Below the pieces are notes generated by a model, which made no database searches, had not been told where the DNA came from, and saw only the letters and a program-made list of their open reading frames with translations. From contig NMRA01000375.1 in the NCBI GenBank assembly GCA_002633005.1, positions 397,244 to 439,407 of the forward strand: a DNA stretch of 42,164 bases, written 5' to 3'. Positions 12,461-25,800 of the stretch are shown piece after piece. How positions within the stretch are numbered: the first letter of the stretch is position 1; each line of letters begins with the position of its first letter. Origin of the DNA: Phoronis australis. Taxonomy: Eukaryota > Animalia > Phoronida. Both the position numbers and the translations under genes were made by a program.

Positions 12461-14739
12461 CTGAATACAAAGTTGTTGTCATCAAACATTTATTCAAAGC
12501 ACCGTCAGCAGAGGTACATGTACAAGGAAATCTACGACAAAACAAAAGTCGAGACTGTCGTATTTTCCACTTTAACTTGCACGCAGTTCGTGAAGGTGAT
12601 TCTTAAGTCCAATATTATACAACTATAGAATTTTACCATGGTCAGAATTTTAGTTTTCAGACCTCAAAAATGTGAAGATGACCGTGGCGGAGCCCAAGGA
12701 CATTATAAGATTTTGGCATCTGGAAACCCACATATTGACCGATTGTGAAAGCCAATAATTTTTTATTATATAACATCAGCCATGTAATTCACGGAAGTAG
12801 GGTATGGGTCGTATGTTGATAACTCGTTCGTTTATTCAGCCACCATTTTCTACACTTAACGTTGTGGGAGAATTTGAAAAAAATGCTTGTCAGCCCGCTC
12901 AGCGTGCACGTGCTAAAGTGAAAGTCAGCGAACCATAGACAGGTACTTTTAGATGTCTATGCAGTGAACATTATTTTAGTCTTTGAAAAATACAGAACTC
13001 TTGGATTGGAAGGCCAACTTCGAAGTTCCAATACCCCACGTATGCGTGCAGGGAGCTGTTATCACTGAAAAGTTCTTCCGAACACTTTTCATCCATATTT
13101 CTGAAATATTTTGCCATCTAATCGCTCATGATTCTATTATGAACAAAAATTCCAAACTTTTCCCATTCCAGCTCTGCACCATGTTTTACTTTGAGAAAGT
13201 CTATGGGAGATCAATCTGTACATGTACGTTTTACAGAATTTTGAATGAAATATGTTTTGTTTAATTGTATTGTATTTTACTGTATTCCAGTCTGCTACAG
13301 GTATGCAAGGGAATATATGTTGAATGTGAAAAAAGTCGTTTCTACAAACTCCGACACTTGAAAAATGACCAACTCTTATAATGCGCAATTTATTTGCAGT
13401 TTAAAATGAATAGACGCATGTAAATTAAGCATATTAAAATTAACTATGAACACAAAATCATATCTGTCAAAATCTATAATTCCAGTTCCATGATATCCAG
13501 CGAACCCCAACAGAATAAAGATTTTGGAAAAAGGCCTTCCTTCAGCTGGACATTTATAGACTAAAATAGCTCTCATTTTATCCTGAAACAACGAAGAAAG
13601 ATTGAAAACCCTATCAAAATAAAAATCATTTCGATGTCTTGCCAAATAAGAAATAAAAAGGGGCCACAATTTTGCGTTTAAAGCGACGTGAATCTCCCGG
13701 TATTCGCATAAAATACGCGAACACTAACGGAATACGTCACAGCCAACAATGGCATGTACATGTATGGCGTGGAAATTATATATGCGAGCGTGATAATTAA
13801 CGTTCACGTGGCTTTGCGAAACTTCTCTGATATTGGCAAGGTATTCATTAGACATGTACATTGTAAGTTTCATTCAGTAGCTCAGAAGGGAAAGGCGGCT
13901 GTAAACACGACTTCCATCACAAAAATTGCTAAGAAAACTGACCGTTATGAAATTGTTCTCGAATTAGAGGGGATTTCAGGGCTTCGGAAGGTTTTATAGT
14001 TCGTTTTTGGTTGAGACTGGGCATTCCAATTTGGCTTGTCGGAGCATGTAATTTTAGGAGTCGAATCTCATGGAATAATGTTAATGAATTGCCAATTGTT
14101 TACCGAAAATTCCCCCCTCATTCGAGTAAGGAACAAGTCTGAGACCTCTTTTACAAGCTCAAGTGGACTAAAGCAAAAGTTCCCGGTTTTTGGACGGGGA
14201 GTGAGTACAAGCCTCTATTTGTCACGTTTGGTGGTTATGGTTGAACTGCAATTTACCCAGATTGTCCGAAAGATAACAAGAGCAACGCGAAGCGTTGATA
14301 TGCGCCCATGATTGCTTCCAGGAGTGTTTATTTCAAGCATAAAAATGGCCATTAGAGGTACAGAATGCATTGCACCCATCCAAAAATGGGAAGATGTCGT
14401 CGTCTTTTAAAATCAAGTGTCAAAACTGATATTTTGAGGGTCAAGCATTAAGATGGAGTAATTTTCTTCATAACCTATTACATCTAATTTGTATTATACG
14501 GTTACTTACAATCAATACTACACTAAACGTGTTCATAAGCCAATATAAACACTAAATGTGCAACTTTCAGTGTTTATATAACCAGCTCTTTAATGAGCCA
14601 AATTTGAACAAATGTTTTAAATATCCCAGGAAAAAAACTTGGGGAAATAGTTTCAGAAATATGGACAATCATTAGGTGTTGATGTCACTGATTACATGTT
14701 CTAACACTCCATGTCACTTTCCACTTTCCTCTTCTGTGT

Positions 14740-15400
14740 CTACTTCACAAATATTGGTAAACAAGAAATCAATCAGTAAGTTTGGTAAGATAGGACCACA
14801 CGATCACACAGCTTGTAACACTCTTTCCTCAGTCTGCAGCCACCCTTGTCATTCGTCTTGAGTGCTTAGTTATGGGTTCGCAAGCACGCTGGTACAAGGT
14901 CATATGGCGATTTACTCACTGGATGTGAGGTTTCAGTGCAGACTCGGGCATAGGGGAAGTCGAGCAAGGTCAATCTTAGACTTGTGAGGATTTTGTCTTC
15001 ATCAACCATTTTGCGTAGCATCTTGGCACGAGTAGCATCTATCGAATGACCCACAACTCTGACCGTACATGAGGCAGTTGAACTCTTCCAACTTACATTC
15101 CAATCAACGTCAGGTTGCCTGAATGCACGGTGAAATTCTGGATTCTTGTCTAACTTTTTAAGGGGGCCAACCTTTAGTTTACGTTTAAAGGCACTGGTGA
15201 AATCTTCTCCAGTGTATATATAAAATCCAAGTACAGCTTTACAGTAGTCTTTTCCCAAGGGTTTTGCCATGTAGGAGAGATTAAGTAGCCGTCGATGTTT
15301 TCAGACCCTGTATCTAGATATACAGTCAACTTTATAGCGTGCCTGCAGCAGAATGACAAAGACACCAGTGTCAGGGATTCTGACGACGTTGTTTCTGTAC
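14740..15400 (-). pseudogene. AcademX-like transposase relic (XPG/PIN-H3TH region)
   Basis: VVRIPDTGVFVILL (DTDV-like), VYLDTG, LGKDYCKAVLGFYIYTGEDFTSAFKRK (like HAxTGCDxTSxFxGKGK) and DATRAKML, with frameshifts. Confidence 0.65.
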
Positions 15401-16529
15401 CCAAGTGAGGCAGTGTACTGGTAATACAAAACAATTCTTACTGTAGATATGTGGGATCTCCTGAGTATGAACATCAAATCACTTTTACTATTACATTATG
15501 ACATCGCAAATTAGGTAAGTTTTGTTCATAAAAAAGATTGTGGATGCCCTTCTACGATCAGGATGACCATCTCGGTTTTCTCCAAACTGGAAACTGCCTT
15601 CTCACCACTCCAGACTTGAAGTAACAGTTGACAGAGTTGCTTTTTGTTGTGATCGTATGCAAGAAAGATTTTAAAATCATACGGCTTTTGTGTAGCTGAT
15701 CCACCAATAATTATTTTCTCTGAACTACAAAATTACCTCTTGTTGAAGGGAAATTAGCTAAGACGTGGAGAAGTGCAAAACTATCTTGGATGAACAGAAC
15801 AGCCTCAGGATAATGATAGTCTACTGGCGAAATGTTGTTCAGAAGATAATGCGAAATGGAGGCTTTGTTATTATATTCCAAATTTTATGAAAATCTGTTG
15901 AGGACATTTGAAGATACAGAGGTAAACGTAAAAAGTAAAATTGCCACTGGGGGGCACATCGGTAGTCCGATCCGTCCTAAAGTCGTTCAGTGGACTCAGA
16001 GGACCACCCTGTTTCAGGAAATGGTTCTGTTTGAAAGTGAAAGTTGGCAGTTTTGTGTACCTCAGAGCGATTGACTCTTGTTACATGATCAAAGCAATAA
16101 GCGACTCACTTACGGAATATCGGTCACTGTTTTAAATCTAAGTGACACCCAACCCATGCTGTCTGTCAAACACAAGTTTATTAAGGTCACTTACCGTTGT
16201 AACATTGGTTATATCCTGTTCTTTATTCACTTCAAAAGTAACCTCTTGTCTTGCGCAGCTCTGGCAGTCATTTCGTCAGCCATGGGAATCATGAAGCAAC
16301 CCACGGGGTTCTTTCGAAAATAAGTGTGATAAAAACCTCTCATGTGGGCGATTTCGGGACTGTTTTTTATGTCTCGGAAATGAGGTTAGGTCGAAATTAA
16401 GTTCTAAATTTCTTTTTTTATTTTTGAAGTTGATCACTTTTTACTATTCTGAATTTCTTGTTTAATGTTTGAAGTTGATCACTTGTTACTATAACGTTAA
16501 TCACAGCACAATATGTCAGATAATTTTAC

Positions 16530-16576
16530 CATTTTTTTCCGTCGATCACCTCCAGTGTCCTGCTCGATGTCTTCTC
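16530..16576 (-). CDS. Probable 47-nt exon of the KAP gene
   Basis: Acceptor cgtttctAG|GA, open frame (R)EDIEQDTGGDRRKKM, donor ATG|GTAAAA. Its phases (1 in, 0 out) exactly bridge the 17654 donor and the 12460 acceptor. Confidence 0.6.
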
Positions 16577-17653
16577 CTAGAAACGTAACACGCAGAACAA
16601 GGAGTAAGGTTCAACGTTATGTATGTACATCAGAAAAATGCCCATAGGTCAGTACCAGAAACCACATGTAAAATAGAAATGAAAGTACCAGATATAATAC
16701 TTCATACAGTGTTCTCTGAAACACAATTAAAATCGTTTGTAAAATTTGTCACTTTCATAGGCATGAGAAATTGTCAAGAATTTCATTTTTAGGATATCTA
16801 GGAAAAATGCGAACAAAAGTTGCACAAAACAAAAACGAAAGGATAATTTAAAAAAACATTAAACGATTTTGAGAGATTTTACCTTAAGCATTTATATCAA
16901 AACAAATTTGATCACGTAATTGATGTATTTACCATTATTTTTGCACGAATGTACCTTTCTTGCAAAACAAAATTCTACTAGAGTCATAGTCACGTGACCC
17001 AGTCAGTGGAAGTTTGCACTAATCACCTTTAAAAGACTTTCCACTTTCGGAAAACATGTACTTTTATCCATTTATTTTGTAGAAAAACCACAGACTTGTT
17101 GATAAGGTCAAACTAACTTTTAGAATTACATACTTATCCCATTATATTTTTCACGTGATTAAATGATTCACACGGAATATCAATTATAGCTAATAACAGT
17201 GCTAATGCTATACACTGTACAAAAGTCTCCATGATTAAGGGTAGACGGTCTTCTTTCCTTATCCCCAGATTCCCAGGACGGATGATCTCACTGATCAACA
17301 ACGTTCTCTTTTCTAGGGCTTTATGTTCGAATTTCACACATCTTTTCCATCATGAATCACAGGTGCTCGTACCCAGCATTGGTAAAAAAGAGTGTTGATG
17401 CGTTGCACCAAATACATCATTGCTTAATCACACCTTAGATATTTGTTTCAAACGGTGGTTGTAAGTAAAAGGATTTAGATCTTCTTAGTTTTCCTTGCCT
17501 TAGTTAAAAAGCTACCATTCTTGAGATTTAAACTGTAAACGACCAGAAAACATTAAATTAAAAAACTTATTCCTTGTCATTGTGCACAGTTCAATTAATG
17601 AACATCCGACAATAGCGTCATTTTGCTAAGAAGAGAGTAAAACGTAAACTCAC

Positions 17654-17945
17654 TGGGGCAGTCGGGTTCAGACAGACCTGTACCGTCACCGACTGGAGGG
17701 CCACTGGACTGGTAGAGTTGAGGTTTGTTAAGAGGTGTGTCGTTGGTGACGTCGCTGGCACTTTGGACTTGCGAATGGATTGCAGGGTCGCTTTGCACAT
17801 GTCCTAAAAATATCAAACTGTTCGATTGACTCACCCGCATCGGAACCGGACTCATGGGTGTCTGGGTGCTCACTTGACTGGTCGCCATGACGGTTGCCCA
17901 GCTGATCGTCGTATGTGTCTTTGGTGGAGTCGTTGGAATGTTACC
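17654..17945 (-). CDS. Probable Ser/Thr/Pro-rich linker exon of the KAP gene
   Basis: Open frame GNIPTTPPKTHTTISWATVMATSQ...SEPDCP with a strong donor CCCA|GTGAGT (phase 1). The acceptor is either cattcgtAG|GGT (17945) or a phase-1 site at 17980 that would include an in-frame TAG. Confidence 0.6.
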
Positions 17946-19115
17946 CTACGAATGACTTGTAAGTCTGCTTTTCACATTTTCTTAAGACACATGGAAATTG
18001 AAAATAATTAAGGCCTGACCAAGCTCGTTCGATACGAAGTTCGTCCATTTACATGTGACGTTCTCGTGTATATAATTATGTATACTTTTTGAAGTACATT
18101 ATAACGTCATAGGCGAAATAATGAATAGTGAATTGGATGAGCGCGGTCTCCCTACATTTGTAGTATAACTGCGTTATCTTAAAAATCAGAAATTATCTAC
18201 ATTACCGAGTCCCCTAATGTAAAAGGCTACATATCTTAAAAACAGAAAGAATGGGAGATAGATCCGACACGGTTCCATCGTCTGAGTCTCTCCGCGAGTC
18301 CCACTCAGTTATAATCAAGTTAAGGCAAAATCGTAAACTTCAAACTCTAATACACAGTAAGTCAAACTAGAGGCGGTGAATCTTTCTGTCGAATCAGCCA
18401 ATGAACACCACTGAGTCTATAGTGTCATGGTGGGTAACTCGCCGTATCAAGATAGTTCTACATCAAATTAAGGCTCACAACAATTGTTTTCAAATATGGC
18501 TCATGATCGTGAAACAAGATATAAATTCGAAAACAGAAAATGAGCTACATTTTTCTTCATCTAAATATTGGGTGACGCTCATTGAATAGGTTAATGTTAA
18601 TTCCAGTATACGACTGATCAAGTGGATGTATTTTAAGAAAATAATAATTTACGTCTAGGCAGCAGTACTACTCAAGGCTGGATTCACGAATTGCCAGCAT
18701 ATGCTTTTCTGTTTGACAGTTTTTGGGTCCATAGTTTGCAAAATAATCCAAAAAATCTATATGACATTTGTTCAGAAGANGAATTGTCAGCATAAGCTTT
18801 TCTGTTTGACAGTTTTTGGGTCCATAGTTTGCAAAATAATCCAAAAAATCTATATGGCATTTGTTCAGAAGAAGCTTTCGATGATAGCAGTTTTAAACTC
18901 TGTTTGTATTAAACAAACTTTCCACCCTAACCCTATGTTTCACAGCAAGAAACAGCACTGGAACAAACGCCCGCAAAAAACTCATACACATGGGTGACGC
19001 AACCTTAGCTGCGAGTGATCGAAGTTGACATTCAAGTCCTAGAGTTCTGTCTTTGCGTACTAGTCTAATTCATACATGTACGTGAGGTTGCATGTGTTTT
19101 TGCCAGCAGACCCAC

Positions 19116-19220
19116 CTGGTGGACGTGCCTTTTTCGGTTCTAACTGTACGTCTTCCTCTTCAGAAATTTGTTGCCCGGAAACGCTTTCTTGTTCTGGCTT
19201 AGAAAGACCAATCTTTGAAC
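19116..19220 (-). CDS. Possible 105-nt symmetric (phase 1-1) charged exon
   Basis: Acceptor ttctgccacacAG|GT, frame (G)SKIGLSKPEQESVSGQQISEEEDVQLEPKKARPP, donor CCAG|GTGGGT. Confidence 0.5.
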
Positions 19221-21084
19221 CTGTGTGGCAGAACGATGGGAATATTAATGTGCTGGTAAACAAGGTAATTGAATTTCTTCGAACGTTTTAGCTTTTAATA
19301 CAAAGAAACTTGGTTTGTTGATTGAGACATTGCTGGTCTAACTAGGTGTTCCCTCAAAACTTATGAAAACCGATCTTGGAGGTGCTGTCTATACCTGTAT
19401 CTTCCAAATAAAGAACCGTGTGGGAGCTGGAACTTTACATACTTTTGAACCTAAATAGAGTTCAGAAGATCAGTGTCTCGCGCCTCGAAAATCTAGCCAA
19501 AATCACATGTTCTCATTTTATGTACACGGCAAATTCTCCCGTAATCTCGCGAAGTCTTGATTATTAGCGAGGTCCCAGCGTAGGTAGTAGCGTTACTGAA
19601 CCCTCTTGCTCCATTGAATCGCTTGATGCTACAAGAAGATGGATTGAAAGAAAGGACTGTGTATCAGTGTTGCTCATGAAAAGCCGATGGTAGAAGTGAG
19701 CCGCGAGTACCAAGTTTCTTCCTGTTTCCGGCAAATCTTTTAATTTCCCGTGTGATAGTAATGGGACTGTTACCTAACGCTAAGCCCATTTGAAACTTTG
19801 TTTGAATGATAAAATCGCATTCTAACGACGCTCATGTCTCTATCACTTTTGGGAAAAAGCCCCGCCAGGCGATGAGACGAATTTGGTGGCTTTCTTTTAG
19901 CTCGAATGCCCAAGTCACATGCTCACAATTGTACGACACATTTCTTTAGTCGATTTCCATCAGCTGGCTTGTGATCCATCCCAGGGACGTAGCCAGGGGG
20001 TTCAGGGGACTTGATCAAACTCCCTCCCCACGGACAAGATCCAGCCCCAGCATTCCCGTTACGCATAGGATATAGATGAGCAACAATATCAACAAATTTG
20101 TTGTAGTTGTTACTGGCACTACTAAATACAATAATAACAAGTTGCTAATAACTTCAAAATAGGTTCAGAATTCAAGCGCTTTACATAATCACCTGGGCGA
20201 TACCCACCCAACACCGCCAAATGGCTATATATTTGCGTACCAGATGACAGGTTCGTGGACACGACGATTAGGGGACGCTTTATGTTGCTGACAGTCATAA
20301 GCCACAGACTACCACGTTGAGTGTGCGTGGTGACTGTACGGCAAGAGCGTAAGACGGGCCTTAGAACTACATGTACCTATATAGCTGCGAGAGGTCCCAA
20401 AAAGTAGGGTGTAAATGCCTTAAAACCGATCAACATACAAAACGGCATTTTTCGGTATACTTGCCAGCATATAGTGATGTGAAGGCTTTTTTAATTTTCA
20501 AATTGAAAGTTATCACCAATATGTTATTCATACAGTGCACGTTTTGGTTGTAGATTGGTGGATTGAAATTCCTTTAAATCTAGTACTCGATCGTAACTTC
20601 AATACAATGTGCACTGAGAAAATCCTGCCGACGAGCATGTTCACATCATTCGGTAAAAGTAAAAAGAGAGATATTAAAAATATTTGCTCAACGAAGAAAG
20701 TTCTTCTCTGTAAGTTTTTATCAATGGTGCACAACCTCGAAGACTTCATACGAACAACAAACTTGATAGAAGAGATTTCCACGACTACGATTTTCAAAAT
20801 TCAAAACCTTAACCAGGTGTACGTTCATGAACAATTCAAACCGGTCGAGCAAGACTCTTTACATAATCAAGCAAATACTGCGAATTTAAAAACCCACCCA
20901 GTGCACGTTGCAGCCGTGGTCTATTTGTTCTCACGCAAATGATTGTTTTTAATGAAATTGCCTCACGCTGCTAATGCTATCTTTTACTAGATAATGAAAC
21001 TATCATAAACACATTTTGGGCAACAATAGTATTTTTACGGTGGTCCAAAGATGACACCACAATTTTCTTTTCTATCTACCTCAG

Positions 21085-21190
21085 GATCTCGAGATTCCGA
21101 CTTAATCATCGCGAGTTCTCGAGACCATGGCTTAGTTATCTCGGGAACTTGGTATCCGGAATTAATTATTTCAGGATCTCGAGATACCCA
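21085..21190. repeat. Short ~30-33 bp repeats with palindromic TCTCGAGA cores
   Basis: atctcgagat, ttctcgagac, atctcgggaa and atctcgagat recur at roughly regular spacing. Confidence 0.5.
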
Positions 21191-21360
21191 GACGATTTTC
21201 GTCTGTGTTTCGCTGTACGTTAGCAGGACTTGATGATGATGCCAAAAAAGTGTAGACCTAAAGGTCAACATTTTCACACGGGTTGAAAACACTACACCTT
21301 ACATGTATTTGCGCAATGTCTTGAACATTTGATTACCTTCTACGAGATACTCAGGGAAAT

Positions 21361-21595
21361 AGGGATGACTTGATTGAAGATTATCCTAACCTTGGATTAA
21401 AGCACTTGGAAATTCTAAAATTACTGCAAAAATCATGAACAAAAGTTTAAGACAATGAAGGCGCATCTTAAAAAGCCGAGTCATAAGTAGGGGAAGTTAT
21501 AAATACAATATTGGTGCTGTTCGTGACGCTGTCCAACGAGAACTGAAAGCAAGAGCAACAAATCTTGGTTATCATGCCATGTGCAGGGTCCATGG
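21361..21595 (+). pseudogene. IS3EU/Clr5-like transposase N-terminal relic
   Basis: RDDLIEDYPNLGLKHLEILKLL...SLRQ*RRILK...VRDAVQRELKARATNLGYHAM. This fits the remembered YFxLGxxxxEI...SLRxLKRxL...GYRxM pattern. Confidence 0.5.
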
Positions 21596-21600
21596 GATTA

Positions 21601-21952
21601 ATATGTAGTTAGTTGGTTGACATTCAATATCCAATAGCTGCTCCATCTGGTGGTCAGACGGTCACTGGCAAATACAGCTAAGATTTAGTTGGATGACATC
21701 CAACATTCAATAACTGCAACACCTAGTGGTAAAATGATCGCTGACATACACAGCTAACATGTAGTTAGTTGGTTGACATCCAACATACAATAGCTGCCCC
21801 ACCTGGTGGTCAAATCATGAAGTTATACAAGGGATAGATAGTTCGGTTGGTTGACATTGAACGTCTAATAGCTGCCCAACTGGTGGTCAAATCATGAAGC
21901 TATACAAAGGGCAGATAGTTGGTTAGTTGGTTGACATCCAACATCCAATAGC
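21601..21952. repeat. Minisatellite, about 5 units of ~70-83 bp
   Basis: Repeated agttagttggttgacat(c/t)caacatccaatagctgc...ctggtggtcaaa. Confidence 0.85.
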
Positions 21953-24818
21953 AAATTTTAATTTAATGACTAAGAAAACAATATATTTTTAAGGAAAAGA
22001 AGTTCATTGGAAAAGTAAAACATGTTCAAAAAGAAAATCTTATAAATCAGTTTTGTTTTTAAAGTGGAAAATATTGAAAATAACAGGTGTTCGTAAAATA
22101 TCAGATATAAAATAATTGAAAAAACTGAATGTGAAACTGGTTTAAAACCAAAATAAAAGCACAATCAAATACAAAATATTTTGCTTTTTGTCTCCATTTT
22201 CAGATGATTTGAAAATGAAAAGCAGACCTTTGCTGCTACAGCTCATGAGTTCATGTGGAGAACTTCTTGCTTATACTGGTCACTTCTCAGATTCCCTTAG
22301 CCCCAGACAACTTTTATGATGCCTTGCAGCTCGACCTTTGTATTGATGTAGATCTGAGCTAATGAAGTTGAAAGGTAATAGGTAGCAATGCTGTCTCAAC
22401 AATGGTGCTTGTTATTTTACCTAAGTTGGTTGTGGAGTTGCAGCTGAGACTGTTTATGGATTGCAACTGTGGATAGTAGTTTTAACTTGTTGAATTAAAT
22501 ATCTCAAAACTACTAAAAAGTTAATTTGTTTTTAACTTGACTATGGGCCATTTCCCAAAGAAACGATGGTTTTAAATATGGTTCAAACCAGATTTTGTAA
22601 TTTCATTTTTAATGCTCCTGTCTTTTTCTCTTATCGGGAAAGAGTTGGTCGATATCTTTTAATTTATTCTTAAACTTCAAGCACCAAAACAGTGGTATAT
22701 TTTGATTGCCGGCGAAACTTAATTAGTCCAGTTAATTGTGAACCCATCAATAAATTTTCCAGATCACAGCTACACTAAACATTTCACTACAGGTGTCATT
22801 AGTTTAAGTTTAGTTTTTATTAAAACTCAAGCCATAAAGTATACACTAAAGTGCAAATACTGTATGATGATAGCCAAATTGAAGATTTGGAATATATGGA
22901 CAAGTTAGGTTGCACTGACTATATAACTATTCTACTCTTTTGTCAAGTCATGAAACTGAGAGGGCACAATTTAAATATACATTAACTGTGTCCGAGTTAA
23001 AACTCTGGTTTAACAAGATTGAAAGAATATTAAAAGAATAATCCATGTGATATTCTTTTAATATTTTTTCAATCCGTGTGCTGTTGTCAACTTTGTTCAG
23101 TGTTTATAAATCAATAGAGTAGATCAATACCCACGGTCGCTTATCTTCAATCGTACCTTATGTTGGTAGTTTTTATCTTATTAGTTCATCGGTTTTTACA
23201 AATCGGAAACCTTAATTGGTTGTTTTTTCCAGCTGACTACCGCCGTGGTGTTTGTCTTTAACGAAAGTTATTTGTTAATGCATTTTGAAAATTCGTCAGT
23301 AAGCACAGGCAGATATTTTTGCTACAATTTAGGGTTCGGGTAATTACAATTAATTGGGTGTTTCTCCCATGCATGGAACAATGGGATCATCACAACTGTA
23401 GTGTTCATTCACTGTCAAATTTTACAGGACTATAGGTCTATTATCGTCCATATACAATCACTCATTGATCGTTTGTGCTGTCTAAAAGATACAATGTTTG
23501 TAAACAGAAACTTAATGAGCATGTAGTGATATGACCCCACACAATAGACTAGGTTGGGTAGGCCATTGAGCTGTAGATGGGCGAACAAAGGATTAATCTG
23601 GAGTGAACACTCATAATAGAATAAGTGATCACACTGATACCAAGGAAAATGTAGTAACAAAAGATTAAAGTGAATTCTTAACAACAAATACAGATCCCTT
23701 ATAATCCTGGATGGAGACTGTATGGAAATGAAATGCTTTGTTCTAAAGTTGGTGCATGAATTAGTGCANTGAACACTCATAATAGAATAAGTGATCACAC
23801 TGATACCAAGGAAAATGTAGTAACAAAAGATTAAAGTGAATTCTTTACAACAAATATAGATCCCTTATAATCCTGGATGGAGACTGTATGGAAATGAAAT
23901 GCTTTATTCTAAAGTTGGTGCATGAATTAGTGCACAGAGAATGGCTTCAAAAACATGTCAAGATAAACAGAATATTTGATTAGTGAAGTTTGAGGCCCCA
24001 CTTGTGGTCAGAGTTGAATTTTACATACATTTAGTTTTGATAACTGTGAACTTGAAGCCTTTATTAATGCGCATGACATGGCTTAGGAAAAAATGTCAAG
24101 AGCCGAAGACAATTTGATTGTTGAATTTTCTAACTGAATGTCACTCATGGTAGGTGCAGTACCTGTTGACTTGTACACCTACATGCCCTGTATTTATGTG
24201 TACACAACAATTAAGCATTCTGCTATTCACAGGCTTGAGTTTTGCATTTTCTGCTTGATTTGATCAGCACTGTTTATAGGGACTCTCAGCTGTCTGAACT
24301 CGGATCCCACGTCATCTACTAAATAACGGGCATCTTAATGCATTTTGTTGCTGAGAGAAAGTTTGTATACTATCACCCCATCTACTAAATAACGGGCATA
24401 CTCTGTGTATATGGCTATATTTGATACAACGGACAGGAGTATTTGGGGCCCCTCAACGAAGTTAGGGGCATATTGCGTGTAAGTGACTACTTTGATGCAA
24501 CTGACACCAGTAGTTGGTTCGCATCCAACCGACATTTTCTTCCGTGCTATCCTAGAGGAGGCGCCACTTTCCTAAATTATTTGGTGTAGTTTCCTGTTAT
24601 TGTATTGCGACGGGAAATTCTCGCATCTAATTTACTGTCCAGTACATCGAAAGCAAAATAATACTTACGGTATTTAAAAGATGTTCAAAATTTTGAAATA
24701 GAGAACTGTTAGTATCGTGAGTACTTTTAGCAATGCTACTACCACCCGACCACATAACAACCGACATGGCGCAACTTTTGTAAAAGCACGCTTGCGTAAT
24801 GTAAAATAAACCCTGTTA

Positions 24819-25800
24819 CATAGGCGGATTTAGGGTGGGGGGCAGGCCCCCCTGGCTGCCGCAAAAAATAAAACAGCAAGAACGTAGGGAAATGTTGAGT
24901 TTATTAATTAACCCCGGTAATTAACATTATACGGCTGAAACAAGATTTAAATGTGTGCAGTTTTAGTGTATTTGAGGGGGGGGGGGGAGATTTCAGATTC
25001 AATTTCACGTGTCAAATTCGGTACACGGCGCAATCGTAACGGAACGATGGCCAAGTAAAGGTTCTCCCGCGATATCCCAGGCGACCGGCAGTGGCGCTAC
25101 GCACTACGACTCCGTTTCCGTCGTCTGCTTCTCTGTGCAATGAAGAAAATTACTTCATTTTTTAAAGAAAATGGAGTCTGAGTGACGATGAAAAAACAAA
25201 AGCTGCTAGTAAGATATGAATTTTAATGGAAGCCTTAGTGAATCACTCAGAAACTCATAATTCTCTCTTTTTCAAACCTTAACTTAAGACGTTTTCCAAA
25301 TTAATCGCGTCATTAATGCCAACACAAAAAAGGATTTGGTCTTTTGGGCAATTGAAGACTATTTTAAATACAACAAATTTGTTACGAATTGATTGCACAA
25401 AGTACAAAAAGTGTAATAATCATTACAAAAACAAGTAGGTTTTGCACGCAAACGCTGTGGACCATAAACAAGTAGGTCTTTTCGTATTAAATTACGTGTG
25501 AAATTGTGGTGGTGCAGCAGTAAAGATCGCGCTCTCTATTAGCCAGGTCGTGAGTTCGAGTCGGCTTATTGCAGTTTTTCAAGCTTGACACGTTCTCCGT
25601 GTTTTTTTCTTGGATAATACTTCAGGAATCAAGAAAAATGCTTGATCTTTAGAGGAAAAATATTCCCTGAGCAGGTGGGGGGCTAAACTCCCCTTCCGAC
25701 CTCCCCCCATTCGGTGCTATGCGCATCTACAATCGTGCTTTGCGCAAATGTTTACAGACTAAATGTAGGCCCCTCTTGTGATATCCTAGATCTGCCACTG
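24819..25800 (+). mobile_element. Complete non-autonomous DNA transposon with 5-bp TSD
   Basis: Imperfect TIRs CATAGGCGGATTTAGG / CCTAGATCTGCCACTG, flanked by TGTTA at 24814-24818 and 25801-25805. Confidence 0.8.

Noticed and set aside
17134-17337. Extra coding exon or death-fold domain
   Set aside because: No compatible splice sites or recognisable motif, and the neighbouring exons join in phase without it.
18690-18875. ~90-bp direct duplication
   Set aside because: Near-identical copies abut a single n (18780), so this is probably an unmerged contig overlap.
20535-20942. 135-aa ORF
   Set aside because: No recognisable motif or splice support.
21601-21952. CRISPR-like repeat spacing
   Set aside because: The inter-repeat parts are themselves related, there are no cas genes and the context is eukaryotic. 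It is a minisatellite.
23604-23934. ~165-bp direct duplication
   Set aside because: It straddles the n at 23769; likely an assembly or haplotype-overlap artefact.
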